Assembly (NCBI GenBank): GCA_037441705.1
Contig: JBBIRR010000007.1
Coordinates: 24,187 to 88,186, forward strand
Origin: Ignavibacteriales bacterium
GTDB taxonomy: Bacteria; Bacteroidota; Ignavibacteria; UBA10030; UBA6906
Direction of reading: 5' to 3'
DNA: 64,000 bases
Below are positions 8,466 through 18,429 of the stretch, one piece after another. The notes beneath the pieces are model-generated. The model was not told where the DNA came from and did not search any database. It saw only the letters and a program-made list of their open reading frames with translations. The position numbers and the translations under genes are program-made. Positions within the stretch are counted from its first letter, which is position 1. Every line of letters begins with the position of its first letter.

Positions 8466-10880
8466 TCACCGCACAGCAATCCGTACCGGCGCCGACTCGA
8501 CGACACGCACTCCTTTCTTGCCTTTCACCACAAGCGTGAGAGAACCCTTGTTGAGCGCTGCGAGCGGAAGACGATAGCGATAGGGCGGCACGAGCGACGC
8601 AACCTCCTTTCCGTTGATACACAACATCACATCACGAACATCCTGCGCGACGACGGACTCGACGGTGATCGTCTGATACTGAGGTCGAAGAATCGGATCG
8701 ACCGTAAATACTTCGCCGTTGGACGGAATGCTGATGGCAAGCGGCGCGCGTGCTCGCTGTGGTTGCGGAATGTTGTCGCTTCTACCTTGCAGCGCGTCCG
8801 GCGGACGAGGCATCCCCTGCTTTTCCATCCAACGTTCAAACTCCGGCCGGAATATCTCAAACACCTGCTCCGCCACAAACGCGTGCGGTGTCTCGCTCGA
8901 TGCAAGTGCGCCCGTCCTCGTGTCGATGCGCAGCAGACGATGGACGCTGCACCGTTGCTTCGGCTCGCTGCCGGCAAGAAACACCTCCTCCACCTCGCCC
9001 GGACAGTGCTTGCCCGGCTTCATGCCCGAACGGGGACAGATGCGCTGCGTCGTTATCCCGGCAGGCCGCGCGAAGGCAAGTTCGGGATCATCCGCCCGAT
9101 GAAGGTACAGCATGAGATCGCGAAACAACGGTGCCGCGCCCGTAATGCCCGAGACAAGCTTCATCGGCTCCGCCGTAAAGTTGCCGACCCACACACCAAC
9201 GGTGAAGCGTTTCGTGTAGCCGACGGTCCAGTTGTCACGATAATCCTTCGACGTGCCGGTTTTTGCGGCACAGGGGAATGGGAGATTCAGCGAGCTGTGC
9301 GCTCCGAATGCAGCGGCGCGGGCGTTGGCGTCGGAAAGAATATCTGTCAGAATCGACACAACCTCCGGCGAGAATACCACGCTGGAGTCCTGCTTGCCGA
9401 TTGCAAGCAGCGATTGCAGCCGCGCGGGCGAACGCATCGTTTGCCCGACCATTCGCACGCTGTCAATCATCTTCAGCGGAACGTACATGCCGCCATTGGC
9501 AAGAGCGCTGTACGCGTTTGCAAGCTCAAGGAGCGTCACCTCGCCATTGCCCAATGTCAATCCAACCCCATAAAACGATGCAGGCTTATTCAGGGACACA
9601 AAGCCCGCGGCATGCAATGTCCGAAGAAGAAACTCCTCACCGAATCGCTCAACGAGGCGAACCGCGGGGACGTTGTAGGAACACGCAAGAGCAACGCGCA
9701 TACGCACGGGCCCGTGAAAACGGCGGTCATAATTCTCCGGCAGAAAGTCCACGTCGCTATCGCCGTTGAGGCGGGGAATATCCGCAAGAAGGTCTGCGGC
9801 AGTCATGCCGTGCTCTACCGCGAGGCCGTAGGTAAAAGGCTTGAGCGTGGAACCGGGCTGGCGTAGAGCCAACGCGCCGTTGACCTGTCCGTTCGTCGTG
9901 CTGTCGAAGAAGTCCCGCGAACCGACAAGCACACGCAGCTCGTGTTCTTTGTTGGCGATGATAACAACTGCGGCGTTCGTAACGTTGTGTTTGCGAAGTC
10001 GCCGGAGATGTGCCTGCACCATCGCCTCCGCGGTTTTTTGGAGAGGATAGTCCAGCGTCGTGCTCACTTCTTCGAGGCGTCCTCGCTCGCCGGCAGGCAA
10101 ACGTTGAAGGAGCATGGTTGTGAAGTGCGGAGCTTTGAACGTCGCGCTGCGCGGAACCAACACCATCGTCTCCTGCTCTGCCCGCTCACGCTCGTCCTCG
10201 GAAATGTATCCCGTAAGCTGCATCCGCTTGAGGACATAGAGTTGTCGCGCACGCACGCGGTCGAACCGACTGTACGGATCGTTGCGTGCGGGCGAGTTGG
10301 GAATGGCGGCGAGGAAGGCAGCTTCGGCCACAGAAAGTTGAGCAGGCGGCTTGCCGAAGTAGAGCCGCGCCGCGGCATCCACGCCGAACGTTTGATTCCC
10401 GAACGGCACGCGGTTCAGATAATGTGTGAGGATTTCGTCCTTCGTCATCATCCGTTCCAGGCGAAGGGCGAACCACGCCTCACGGATTTTTCCCAGCAGC
10501 GACCTTCGGAACGGGTACACGCTGCGAATGACCTGCATCGTCAGCGTGGAGCCGCCGCTGACGACGCGCGAGGCCCTCATGTTCTGCCACGCTGCACGCA
10601 AGACTGCCAGCACGTCGACGCCGGGATGGGAATAGAATCGCGCGTCTTCCGCTGCAATCACGGCATTGATCAGGTTCGGCGAAATCTCTGTTAACGAACA
10701 CCAGCGGCCTCTCCCCTCGGCTTCCGACAAAACCTCCCTCAGCAGCATTCCATGTCGGTCCACAATGCGCAGCGATGTCGTGCGATAGGGCTGAAACAAC
10801 TTCCTGTCCAGAGGAACAAACAACGACGCGGCAAACGCCATCAGCAGAGCAGCAGACGCCATCAGGAAAATCCGTCGCAT
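8466..10880 (-). CDS. pbpC: Penicillin-binding protein 1C
   Basis: EDARFYSHPGVD and GGSTLTMQ transglycosylase motifs; STLK, SYN, KTGTS transpeptidase motifs; directly downstream of alpha-2-macroglobulin. Confidence 0.93.
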   Translation of the reverse strand: MRRIFLMASAALLMAFAASLFVPLDRKLFQPYRTTSLRIVDRHGMLLREVLSEAEGRGRWCSLTEISPNLINAVIAAEDARFYSHPGVDVLAVLRAAWQNMRASRVVSGGSTLTMQVIRSVYPFRRSLLGKIREAWFALRLERMMTKDEILTHYLNRVPFGNQTFGVDAAARLYFGKPPAQLSVAEAAFLAAIPNSPARNDPYSRFDRVRARQLYVLKRMQLTGYISEDERERAEQETMVLVPRSATFKAPHFTTMLLQRLPAGERGRLEEVSTTLDYPLQKTAEAMVQAHLRRLRKHNVTNAAVVIIANKEHELRVLVGSRDFFDSTTNGQVNGALALRQPGSTLKPFTYGLAVEHGMTAADLLADIPRLNGDSDVDFLPENYDRRFHGPVRMRVALACSYNVPAVRLVERFGEEFLLRTLHAAGFVSLNKPASFYGVGLTLGNGEVTLLELANAYSALANGGMYVPLKMIDSVRMVGQTMRSPARLQSLLAIGKQDSSVVFSPEVVSILTDILSDANARAAAFGAHSSLNLPFPCAAKTGTSKDYRDNWTVGYTKRFTVGVWVGNFTAEPMKLVSGITGAAPLFRDLMLYLHRADDPELAFARPAGITTQRICPRSGMKPGKHCPGEVEEVFLAGSEPKQRCSVHRLLRIDTRTGALASSETPHAFVAEQVFEIFRPEFERWMEKQGMPRPPDALQGRSDNIPQPQRARAPLAISIPSNGEVFTVDPILRPQYQTITVESVVAQDVRDVMLCINGKEVASLVPPYRYRLPLAALNKGSLTLVVKGKKGVRVVESAPVRIAVR

Positions 10881-10909
10881 GCGAAGAGCCCACCCTTACG
10901 ATTGATGTG

Positions 10910-13900
10910 TCACTTTACTTCCACGGTTGCCGAGCCCGTCCTGCCGAACACTTCCGGCTCATACATCATTGCAACATGCGCTGCGGGCATCTCGAATGTG
11001 CCCGGAGTAATTGCTCGAGCCAGATACGTGAACGTATGAACACCCGCTGCAAGCTGATCGGCAAACAGCAGCACACGATCATCATGCAGCTCACGATGAT
11101 TGAACGAACCCCACCACTGCGTGCCCTCCTGCCGTGATACCACATCCGCAAGCTCGGAGCTTTCCGTTTGCAGTGAGGTGTTGATGATCTGAAATCCTGC
11201 CGGCACCGGGTCTTCAACGACAACGAAGTTCCTCTGTTGAGGCGTAATCACGCGCAGCGTCACGCGCACGAGAGTCCCCGGAGGAAACGTACGGGCGCTG
11301 AACCCCGCGGTGGCACCGAGAGGTTCCATTGTTTTCGTGATGGCGATTCCCTCATCGGCAGGCAGGGCCGCCCCGCGCGGGTAGTAGGACATGCGCACAC
11401 CTGCATACAAGACGCCGCTTCCTTCCTTCACGAAGCGAAGCGGAAGCTCCTTCCCTCCTTCGAACGCCTCGAGGGGTCGCTGAACGCGTTCAGTGTTCAG
11501 ACTTCGTCCTTCGAACGTGCGAGAGAGAATGCGCTGTGCGGCAACCTGTATCTCGGCGCGGAACTTCGGTTCATCGGTCTCCATCCTCCGGTAGTAGGTG
11601 GCTAACGCATGAACCACGCAGGCATTCTCCTGTGTGTTGGACCATCGCCCCGCGCGCTGCTGCTCCATCAACCATCGAACGATCTTTGCCGGCAGATCAG
11701 CCCGCTCTCTTGTAAACGCATTCGACTCCAACAGCGCTTGCAGAAGCAACGCTGTCGTCCGAACGTTGGAGACCCAGCACCACTCCAATCCCCGTATCGC
11801 CGGCTCTTCGAAGTGCGCCGAGGTCGGATTCAGTTTGATGTTATTGAAGAGATTGTTCGTTATCGCCTGAGCCATCTTGCCGGGCCGCGGAGAAGCGGAT
11901 ACGGCTTTGAGGAGATAGGCACGAGCCTCGAGCGGTATGCGATCGAGCTTCTTGAAGTACTGCTCATAGTATGCCGGTTCGGGCGTCCCAAGCTGTGTGA
12001 GCGTGTAGAGAATGAACGCCTTCGTAACGGCCCACGCGTTCTCCGTGTACGGATAGTGCGGCCTTCTCTCTTCCCAACGCAACACATCCTTCAGGTACTG
12101 CGCGCCGCGCCGCAACATGTCGTCATCAACGCTGTAGCCCTGCTTCCTGGCCATCGCCAGCACGTACATGACGTACGCCGTTGCGTACGGCGACTCATGC
12201 ATCGAACCCGGCCAGTACGCAAAACCGCCGTTCCAGATTTGAAACCGCCGCAGCTCGCTGACCGTCTTCTCGACCAGCTCACGAACATCCTTCCCTCGCA
12301 GCATCGGCAATCCGAATGCTTCCACCATTTCTCTTCCCAGAATGATTGGAAGAATGGCAGAACACTTTTGCTCGACGCAACCGTACGGATATGTGAAGAG
12401 GTATTCTACACTGTTTTCCAATCCCACAAGCGCTGTGGACGCGGCAGTGAACTCAATGCTGCCAAGACCGGAGAGCGTGTTGGTCGGCACGACGAGCTTC
12501 ATGTCGGATGAAGTGGCCACTGCCTGGAACTCCGCCACGGTTTCCTTTCTCGGAGCAACCCGGATGGGAATGCGCGCCGTGAGGCCGTCGGTCTCGTTGC
12601 CCATTGCTGCGCGAAAACTGAATGTTGCAGTCCCCACGCGGGTTGCATGAAACGGCTGACGTACCTCCTTCCCTTCTCCCGGTTCGAGCAGAATCTCGAT
12701 GACATCCTTTCCCTTGAACTCGATTCCTTCGGCGCTCATCTGAAGGCGAACGGTTCTCTTTTCTTTGGTGAAGTTGTACACCACAGCGCCGGCTTCGAAC
12801 CGATCCCCCAGACGCGCAAAGCGCGGCAGCGATGGTTGCAGCACCAACGGCTTGTTTACGGTGATGCGCGTTTCGCCGTACCCGAACTCGGAACTCTTCG
12901 TCTGCGCAACACACATGACGTTGAATGTTGTAAGATTGTCGGGAAGTTTGAAGAGGACCGTCGCGCTGCCTTCGTCGTCGGTCACGAGATGAGCATTCCA
13001 GTAGGCGGTTGATTTGAAATTTCCCCGCGTTTCAACGCCGCCGAGATCAACGCCACCGCCGCCGCCCTCGTCCTCACCCTTCTCCCCAAAACTCCGTGCC
13101 TGCACAATCTGTGCACGGCCCTCCGTCGTCAGGACGGCAAGCGGCCTCGGTCCGTAAAATGTATCGAACGGATCGGGCAGCCGGTAGCCGATCAGGTTGA
13201 GCACGCCTCTATCTGCAACGCTGATCGTCAGTTCCGATGTTGCGGGCGTTCGTTCGGACATGCGCACATGCACGGTCACACGAACGCTATCGCCCGGGCG
13301 GTACTCGGTTTTCTCGGTGTTCATCTCCACCGTCAGATGCCGCGTTCCAGGATCGACGGGCAGCGCAATGTAACCGATCTTGAAGGAGGGTCTTCCGACG
13401 TCTTTTTCCTGCTCGAGGCCCGGCGTGCGTGTCACTCGCCCGTGCAACAAGATCACGGAGACATATACGTTTGGAAGAGACCGTTTGTCAAGTGGCACAA
13501 CGATTTCAGGCGCGCTGCCCTTCAGCGTCGTTCGCCAGTGACGCAGGATGCCCTCCCGTTCAATGCTCACGAGAGCCGTTGCTTCTTCGTAGGGATTCTT
13601 TACAATGATCCGCGCGTTCTGCCCCGGCTTGTAGCTCCTGGCGTCCGCAATCAGTTCGATGCGGTCGTCGTTGCTCCGCTCCCACGCAACGTAGTCCGAG
13701 CCGCTGGCATAGAAGTGGACATCGCTCACAATCTCGTTGCCGCGAGCATCCTTACCCGTAATTTCAATGAGATACAATCCGGATTGTTTTGGCGTGAACG
13801 ATTGAACGACAGGGACAGACTCTGACGTGAGATCGGTTGTGAGGAGTGTCGAGTCCACTGCTTCGGACTGCCACTCGAAGCCGCCGCGAGAACTCGCCTT

Positions 13901-16507
13901 GCGAACGGAGTGCCACTCACGCTTCAGCACCCTGCAACGCAAACCTTTCCCGCGCACAGGCGTTCCTTCGGGCGTCACGGTAACGACGGAGTACTTCAGC
14001 GCGCTATCACGGGCAATGAACGTCGCAGCCGGCCGGATGCCGATGTAAAACTCCCCCGCGTGCAGGATTGCCGTCGTTCGGCCCGAAATCGTCTGGCGAC
14101 TCGGCGAGGTCACATCCGCTTCGAAGATGAGGCTGCCCGTCGCTCGGATGTCACCGACCTGCGTCGGCACGTCAACATCGAGCGCCCCCTGTGCATTCAA
14201 GGTCGTATCCTTCGAAAACAGCAGCCGCGCGCCCGGTCCCGCTGCATCATCGTACCAGGATGCGCTTCGGCCAAAGGCGTACGACTCCCAACCGTCCGGC
14301 GTGAACCAGGTCGGCTCGTACCGCACACGCCAGCGTGCCTTCTCTCGCTTCAACTCTCCGCCAAACAAATAGCGCGCGGCGAACCTGCAGCGCAGCCGAT
14401 CACCAACGATGTATTCCTTCTCCGACGTCCGCGCAGTGACTTCGAACTCACTCACCCGGTACGCTTCCACGCGAAACGATTCTGTGGCCACATAACGGTA
14501 TGGCTCAGCCTCTCGCTTCGTGCGCACACTTGCCTCGATGGTGTAGTAGCCGAGACGGCCTTCGGGCGGCACGGCGAAACGAACGTCGAGTGAACCGAAC
14601 TCGTTCAGCCGAAGCGAATCGAGAAACACCTGATCGCTCTGCGGATCACGAATGCGCAGCAGTACCAAGCCTTGCGGCACGTTCCAATCGTCGGCGCGCC
14701 GCGAGCGGAAGATGCCTTTGATCTGTACCTCTTCGCCGGGCCTGTAGATGCCGCGGTCGGTAAAGAGCATGCCGTGCATCGGCTCAAACTGCGGGTCCCA
14801 ATCCGTTACGAGATTGAACCGATACGGCTCGATGCCTTGATTCCAATCCGAGCCGGTGTAGGCAAGATCATCTCCGTGCAGCGCGATCGCCCACAGGCGC
14901 GGTGCGCCCCATCCGCGTTTTGTCACGCCGTCGAACGCACGCCAACCGGGAGCGAGAGCAACGCCTTCGCCGTTCGTCTTGCCCTGCCACAGCAGGGTGT
15001 TGGTGTCGTCGCGAAGTTGGATCGCAGCGTTTGCGACAGGCTTTGCGTCGCGCAGCGTCGTCACCCACAACAGAATATTCTCCGGCGAAAACTTTCCCGT
15101 GATGCTCATCTCCGTGACCTGGAGGTCGGCACGTGAAAATCCGAACCGGCCATCGGATTCCGCATGGGAGACCTGCAGAAGCAGCGCACCACGATGGCTC
15201 GCGCCAAGCGCGTCGTCCAGCGTTACGCCGACGGTTGTCTCAACATCGAGAGGGAGTTTCAAACGATCCACGCGGTCAATGTCGAACCGAGCACGGAGCT
15301 TCACGTCTCTCATAGACAATGTGTCCGCCGTCAGAATGCGCACGAGATTTTCCGCCGTCAGCCTGAGGGCCTGAACACGCAGCGCTTCGACGTTCACTAC
15401 GCGGACCGGATACTTCCGTTCGCCGTACGCCTCGAGGATGCCGTGTCCTGTGGTCATCGTAATTGCCGGATCAAACCCTACGGTGTTGAACACTGCCTTC
15501 GCATCAGCGCCGAGCTTCTGGCCGAATACATCCTGCACCGCGCCGCTGATTGTGCAGGTGTATGCTGTTCTCGGGGCAAACGGGAGACTGAGAGTAATAT
15601 CGGGCGCGCTCCACAGCCACTCGGTGTAGGAGTTAGGAATATCAACGTGGGGATTGAACGAAATGTACCGCACAAGCTCGGCAACCGAGACGGGGTTGTT
15701 GAACCTGAACGTCAGTGCGCGTTTCGGATTGCGATCCTGCGGATCAACAAGGTGAAGGAACGTCAGCGGTGCATAGGTTTCAAAGCTGAAGGATGCTTCT
15801 CTTTCCAAACCGAGTTTGCCTCGCGCACCGGGCAGGCCGGACTTCAGAAGAACGATGTACTTCGTATTCCTTTTCAGCGTTGCGGCGGGCTTCAGTTTCA
15901 ACACAACGGTCGAATCTGTTACGTACAGCGATTGCTTCTGCATTTCCTCCTGCGTCGGGTACGCGAGCGAGAAGCGCACTTCGGGGCCGTTTCTTTTCGC
16001 CTCAAACATCTTGATGAACGGCAGAGCTTTCTCAGGCACAGTTTGTTGATTGAAGTGAAGAAGAAGGGATGTGTGAATGTCGATGCCGCGCGACCCGTGG
16101 CCCGGCCGCGTGCCGAGAAGAACCGGCCGCTGCGTTGTGAACGTCCAGATGACGTCGCGCGCAAGCACCGAACCATCCAGCGAGCGTGTGCCCGCTTTGA
16201 TCGTCACTCTGTACTCGGTGGCAATTTCCAGAGGCGTTTCGGGAATGAACGACAGCGTACTTGTCCCCAACCACCGATACTTTCCCCAAACGGACGGCGA
16301 AAGAGAGAGCGGTCCCGACCCCTCACCTTCCGGCAACTGTTGTATCGGAACCATCGGCTTGCTGAACGCTGCAACGATGGCGGTTGCCTGGTTCGCTGCA
16401 TCGAGCTGACCCTTGGGCCACACGGTAAGAACGGTAAGAGAGTCCTGTGGTTGCGCGGCGGCGGTGCACGCTGCAAGGAGAGCGGCAAGGATGATTCTGG
16501 TCGGCAT
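10910..16507 (-). CDS. Bacterial alpha-2-macroglobulin with N-terminal Ig-like domains
   Basis: About 1865 aa; FTDRGIYRPGE, LPDNLTT, thioester YPYGCVEQ, WSNTQEN, C-terminal MYEPEVFGR; possible LAAC lipobox. Confidence 0.93.
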   Translation of the reverse strand: MPTRIILAALLAACTAAAQPQDSLTVLTVWPKGQLDAANQATAIVAAFSKPMVPIQQLPEGEGSGPLSLSPSVWGKYRWLGTSTLSFIPETPLEIATEYRVTIKAGTRSLDGSVLARDVIWTFTTQRPVLLGTRPGHGSRGIDIHTSLLLHFNQQTVPEKALPFIKMFEAKRNGPEVRFSLAYPTQEEMQKQSLYVTDSTVVLKLKPAATLKRNTKYIVLLKSGLPGARGKLGLEREASFSFETYAPLTFLHLVDPQDRNPKRALTFRFNNPVSVAELVRYISFNPHVDIPNSYTEWLWSAPDITLSLPFAPRTAYTCTISGAVQDVFGQKLGADAKAVFNTVGFDPAITMTTGHGILEAYGERKYPVRVVNVEALRVQALRLTAENLVRILTADTLSMRDVKLRARFDIDRVDRLKLPLDVETTVGVTLDDALGASHRGALLLQVSHAESDGRFGFSRADLQVTEMSITGKFSPENILLWVTTLRDAKPVANAAIQLRDDTNTLLWQGKTNGEGVALAPGWRAFDGVTKRGWGAPRLWAIALHGDDLAYTGSDWNQGIEPYRFNLVTDWDPQFEPMHGMLFTDRGIYRPGEEVQIKGIFRSRRADDWNVPQGLVLLRIRDPQSDQVFLDSLRLNEFGSLDVRFAVPPEGRLGYYTIEASVRTKREAEPYRYVATESFRVEAYRVSEFEVTARTSEKEYIVGDRLRCRFAARYLFGGELKREKARWRVRYEPTWFTPDGWESYAFGRSASWYDDAAGPGARLLFSKDTTLNAQGALDVDVPTQVGDIRATGSLIFEADVTSPSRQTISGRTTAILHAGEFYIGIRPAATFIARDSALKYSVVTVTPEGTPVRGKGLRCRVLKREWHSVRKASSRGGFEWQSEAVDSTLLTTDLTSESVPVVQSFTPKQSGLYLIEITGKDARGNEIVSDVHFYASGSDYVAWERSNDDRIELIADARSYKPGQNARIIVKNPYEEATALVSIEREGILRHWRTTLKGSAPEIVVPLDKRSLPNVYVSVILLHGRVTRTPGLEQEKDVGRPSFKIGYIALPVDPGTRHLTVEMNTEKTEYRPGDSVRVTVHVRMSERTPATSELTISVADRGVLNLIGYRLPDPFDTFYGPRPLAVLTTEGRAQIVQARSFGEKGEDEGGGGGVDLGGVETRGNFKSTAYWNAHLVTDDEGSATVLFKLPDNLTTFNVMCVAQTKSSEFGYGETRITVNKPLVLQPSLPRFARLGDRFEAGAVVYNFTKEKRTVRLQMSAEGIEFKGKDVIEILLEPGEGKEVRQPFHATRVGTATFSFRAAMGNETDGLTARIPIRVAPRKETVAEFQAVATSSDMKLVVPTNTLSGLGSIEFTAASTALVGLENSVEYLFTYPYGCVEQKCSAILPIILGREMVEAFGLPMLRGKDVRELVEKTVSELRRFQIWNGGFAYWPGSMHESPYATAYVMYVLAMARKQGYSVDDDMLRRGAQYLKDVLRWEERRPHYPYTENAWAVTKAFILYTLTQLGTPEPAYYEQYFKKLDRIPLEARAYLLKAVSASPRPGKMAQAITNNLFNNIKLNPTSAHFEEPAIRGLEWCWVSNVRTTALLLQALLESNAFTRERADLPAKIVRWLMEQQRAGRWSNTQENACVVHALATYYRRMETDEPKFRAEIQVAAQRILSRTFEGRSLNTERVQRPLEAFEGGKELPLRFVKEGSGVLYAGVRMSYYPRGAALPADEGIAITKTMEPLGATAGFSARTFPPGTLVRVTLRVITPQQRNFVVVEDPVPAGFQIINTSLQTESSELADVVSRQEGTQWWGSFNHRELHDDRVLLFADQLAAGVHTFTYLARAITPGTFEMPAAHVAMMYEPEVFGRTGSATVEVK

Positions 16508-16648
16508 AGGGTCTCCGGAAAACAAGCGGACGAGAGGCTGAATGAATTGTCAGGAAGAATATATCTGAAAGACGAGAGAAATGCTCTCGCTTCGCACGAT
16601 GGCAATCCTTGCCGTCTTTTGATATATTTGGTGCAGAAAGGAGTATGA

Positions 16649-16981
16649 ATGCCGCGAGAGCCGTCAACCTTCGAGGAAGTGTCATCGGCCATCGTCGCTG
16701 TCGCCCGCGAGATCGGGGCGACGCGAGCGATCCTGTTTGGCTCATTTGCCCGCGGAACGAACGATCGGCGAAGCGACGTGGATGTGGTGTTCATCCAGCA
16801 AACGGATGAACGTTTCGTGCAGCGTCCCGGCCGTGCATTGCGACTGCTCTACGAGCGCATCCGCGGCAGAGCAATTGACGTTCTCATTTACACTCCGTCC
16901 GAATTCGAAGATATGAAAGCTTCGGGCAACCGGTTTATTGAGCGGATTGCGACTGAGGGGAAAGTACTTTATGAGTCTTGA
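16649..16981 (+). CDS. Minimal nucleotidyltransferase (MNT) antitoxin
   Basis: LFGSFARG....SDVDV motif, C-terminal EGKVLYE; AAGGAG RBS. Confidence 0.85.
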   Translation: MPREPSTFEEVSSAIVAVAREIGATRAILFGSFARGTNDRRSDVDVVFIQQTDERFVQRPGRALRLLYERIRGRAIDVLIYTPSEFEDMKASGNRFIERIATEGKVLYES

Positions 16982-17384
16982 GAAGTACAAAAGCGATGCA
17001 AAACTTTGGCTGGGGCAGGCGGAGGACGATTTGCAGGCCGCACAAACTCTTGCCTCGTCAGGAAGCCATGCACAGGCGTGTTTCCTTTGCCAACAAGCAG
17101 GTGAAAAGGCGCTGAAAGCAGTGTGGTACTTTCTCGGCATGGAGCCGTGGGGTCACTCAATCTCCAATCTGATTGCGGACATGCAACACGAGCCAGTGAA
17201 ACAGGAATTATCCTCGCTCGTCGAGGCAGCAGCATTGTTAGACAAACTCTACATCCCCACACGCTATCCCAATGGTCTGCCAAACATGATGCCGCGCGAT
17301 GCATATCGGGCAAAGGACAGCTCGGAAGGGATTTCCGCTGCACGCGAGATCATTCAGATCGCGAAGAGCATCTGCAAGCTCTGA
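16971..17384 (+). CDS. HEPN-domain protein, partner of MNT
   Basis: W..QAEDDL..A, ACFLCQQAGEKALKA, WGHS, YIPTRYP; overlaps the MNT stop. Confidence 0.85.
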   Translation: MSLEKYKSDAKLWLGQAEDDLQAAQTLASSGSHAQACFLCQQAGEKALKAVWYFLGMEPWGHSISNLIADMQHEPVKQELSSLVEAAALLDKLYIPTRYPNGLPNMMPRDAYRAKDSSEGISAAREIIQIAKSICKL

Positions 17385-17434
17385 ACGGGCCGGGGAACGT
17401 GCACGCGCAAGAGACCAGACCCGGTTAGCATACT

Positions 17435-18331
17435 TCAGAGTGTTTCTTCTTCCGCAACCGTCCCTTTGTTGAAGAAGGGAATTCTGTCGGACAGCTCCGA
17501 GATGAGTACGCCGGCAATGATGAGTGCCCCGCCGACGACGCCGAGCGCACCGAGCATCTCCCCCAAAAAGAAATATGCCATGGTCGAAGCCCACACGGGT
17601 TCGACCGTAAAGATAACGGCCGCACGCGTGGGCGTTGTGTCCTTCTGATATTTCGTCTGAACAAACGTGGTCAGCACCGTAGCGAAGAGAGTCAGGTAGC
17701 CCACGGAGATGAACACCGAAAGCGTGGGACGAAAAAAGAAATCCTCCAGAACTACTGTGGCCAGAATGCCCAGCCCGGCGCAGGTAGCGGCCTGCAGGAA
17801 TGTAAGCTGCAGCGCGGACATTGCTTTTGAAGCCACGTCGAGATAGACGATGTACAACGCAAACAGAACTGCGCAGATAAGCGTGAGGAGATCGCCAAAA
17901 TTCAGCTCGGCTCCCGTCGGCGACGTCAACAGCCACAATCCGCCAACGGCCAGCCCGATGCCCGCCACGTTGCCGATGGTCGGCGGCCGTCGCTCGATGA
18001 TGAACTGCAGAATCGGAACGAACACCACCATCAGGCTGGTGATGAAGGCGGACTTCGAAGCAGTGGTGTAGTTCAGCCCGACGTTCTGCGCGATGAAGCC
18101 GAGAAAGAGAAACAGTCCGAGCACCGTCCCCTTCCGGATCGCTCCCTCCGGAAAAGGAAAGAGGTTCTTCCAGAACAGGACAAGAAAGAAGAGCGCCGCC
18201 ACGGTGAAGCGCGTGCTCGTCATGAGGATGGGCGACATATCGCGGAGGCCGACCTTCATCGAAACGAACGTGCTGCCCCAAACCACCGTGAGGGCGAGAA
18301 GCAGTGCTTCGGCTCGTGTTTGCTTTTTCAT
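17435..18331 (-). CDS. DMT/EamA-family transporter
   Basis: About 10 TM segments, WGSTF, GLNYTTASKSAFITSL, EPVWA. Confidence 0.9.
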   Translation of the reverse strand: MKKQTRAEALLLALTVVWGSTFVSMKVGLRDMSPILMTSTRFTVAALFFLVLFWKNLFPFPEGAIRKGTVLGLFLFLGFIAQNVGLNYTTASKSAFITSLMVVFVPILQFIIERRPPTIGNVAGIGLAVGGLWLLTSPTGAELNFGDLLTLICAVLFALYIVYLDVASKAMSALQLTFLQAATCAGLGILATVVLEDFFFRPTLSVFISVGYLTLFATVLTTFVQTKYQKDTTPTRAAVIFTVEPVWASTMAYFFLGEMLGALGVVGGALIIAGVLISELSDRIPFFNKGTVAEEETL

Positions 18332-18429
18332 GTGGGCGAGTGCAGAAACCGCGAGAGACAAAATGGAAGAGCTGCCGCACTAATGCGGGTCAGGCTGAAC
18401 GGAGTAGACAACGGTTGTGCGCATAACCG

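Noticed and set aside
8466-16507. A2M-PBP1C pair as a novel system
   Set aside because: Well-described conserved gene pair (yfhM-pbpC type)
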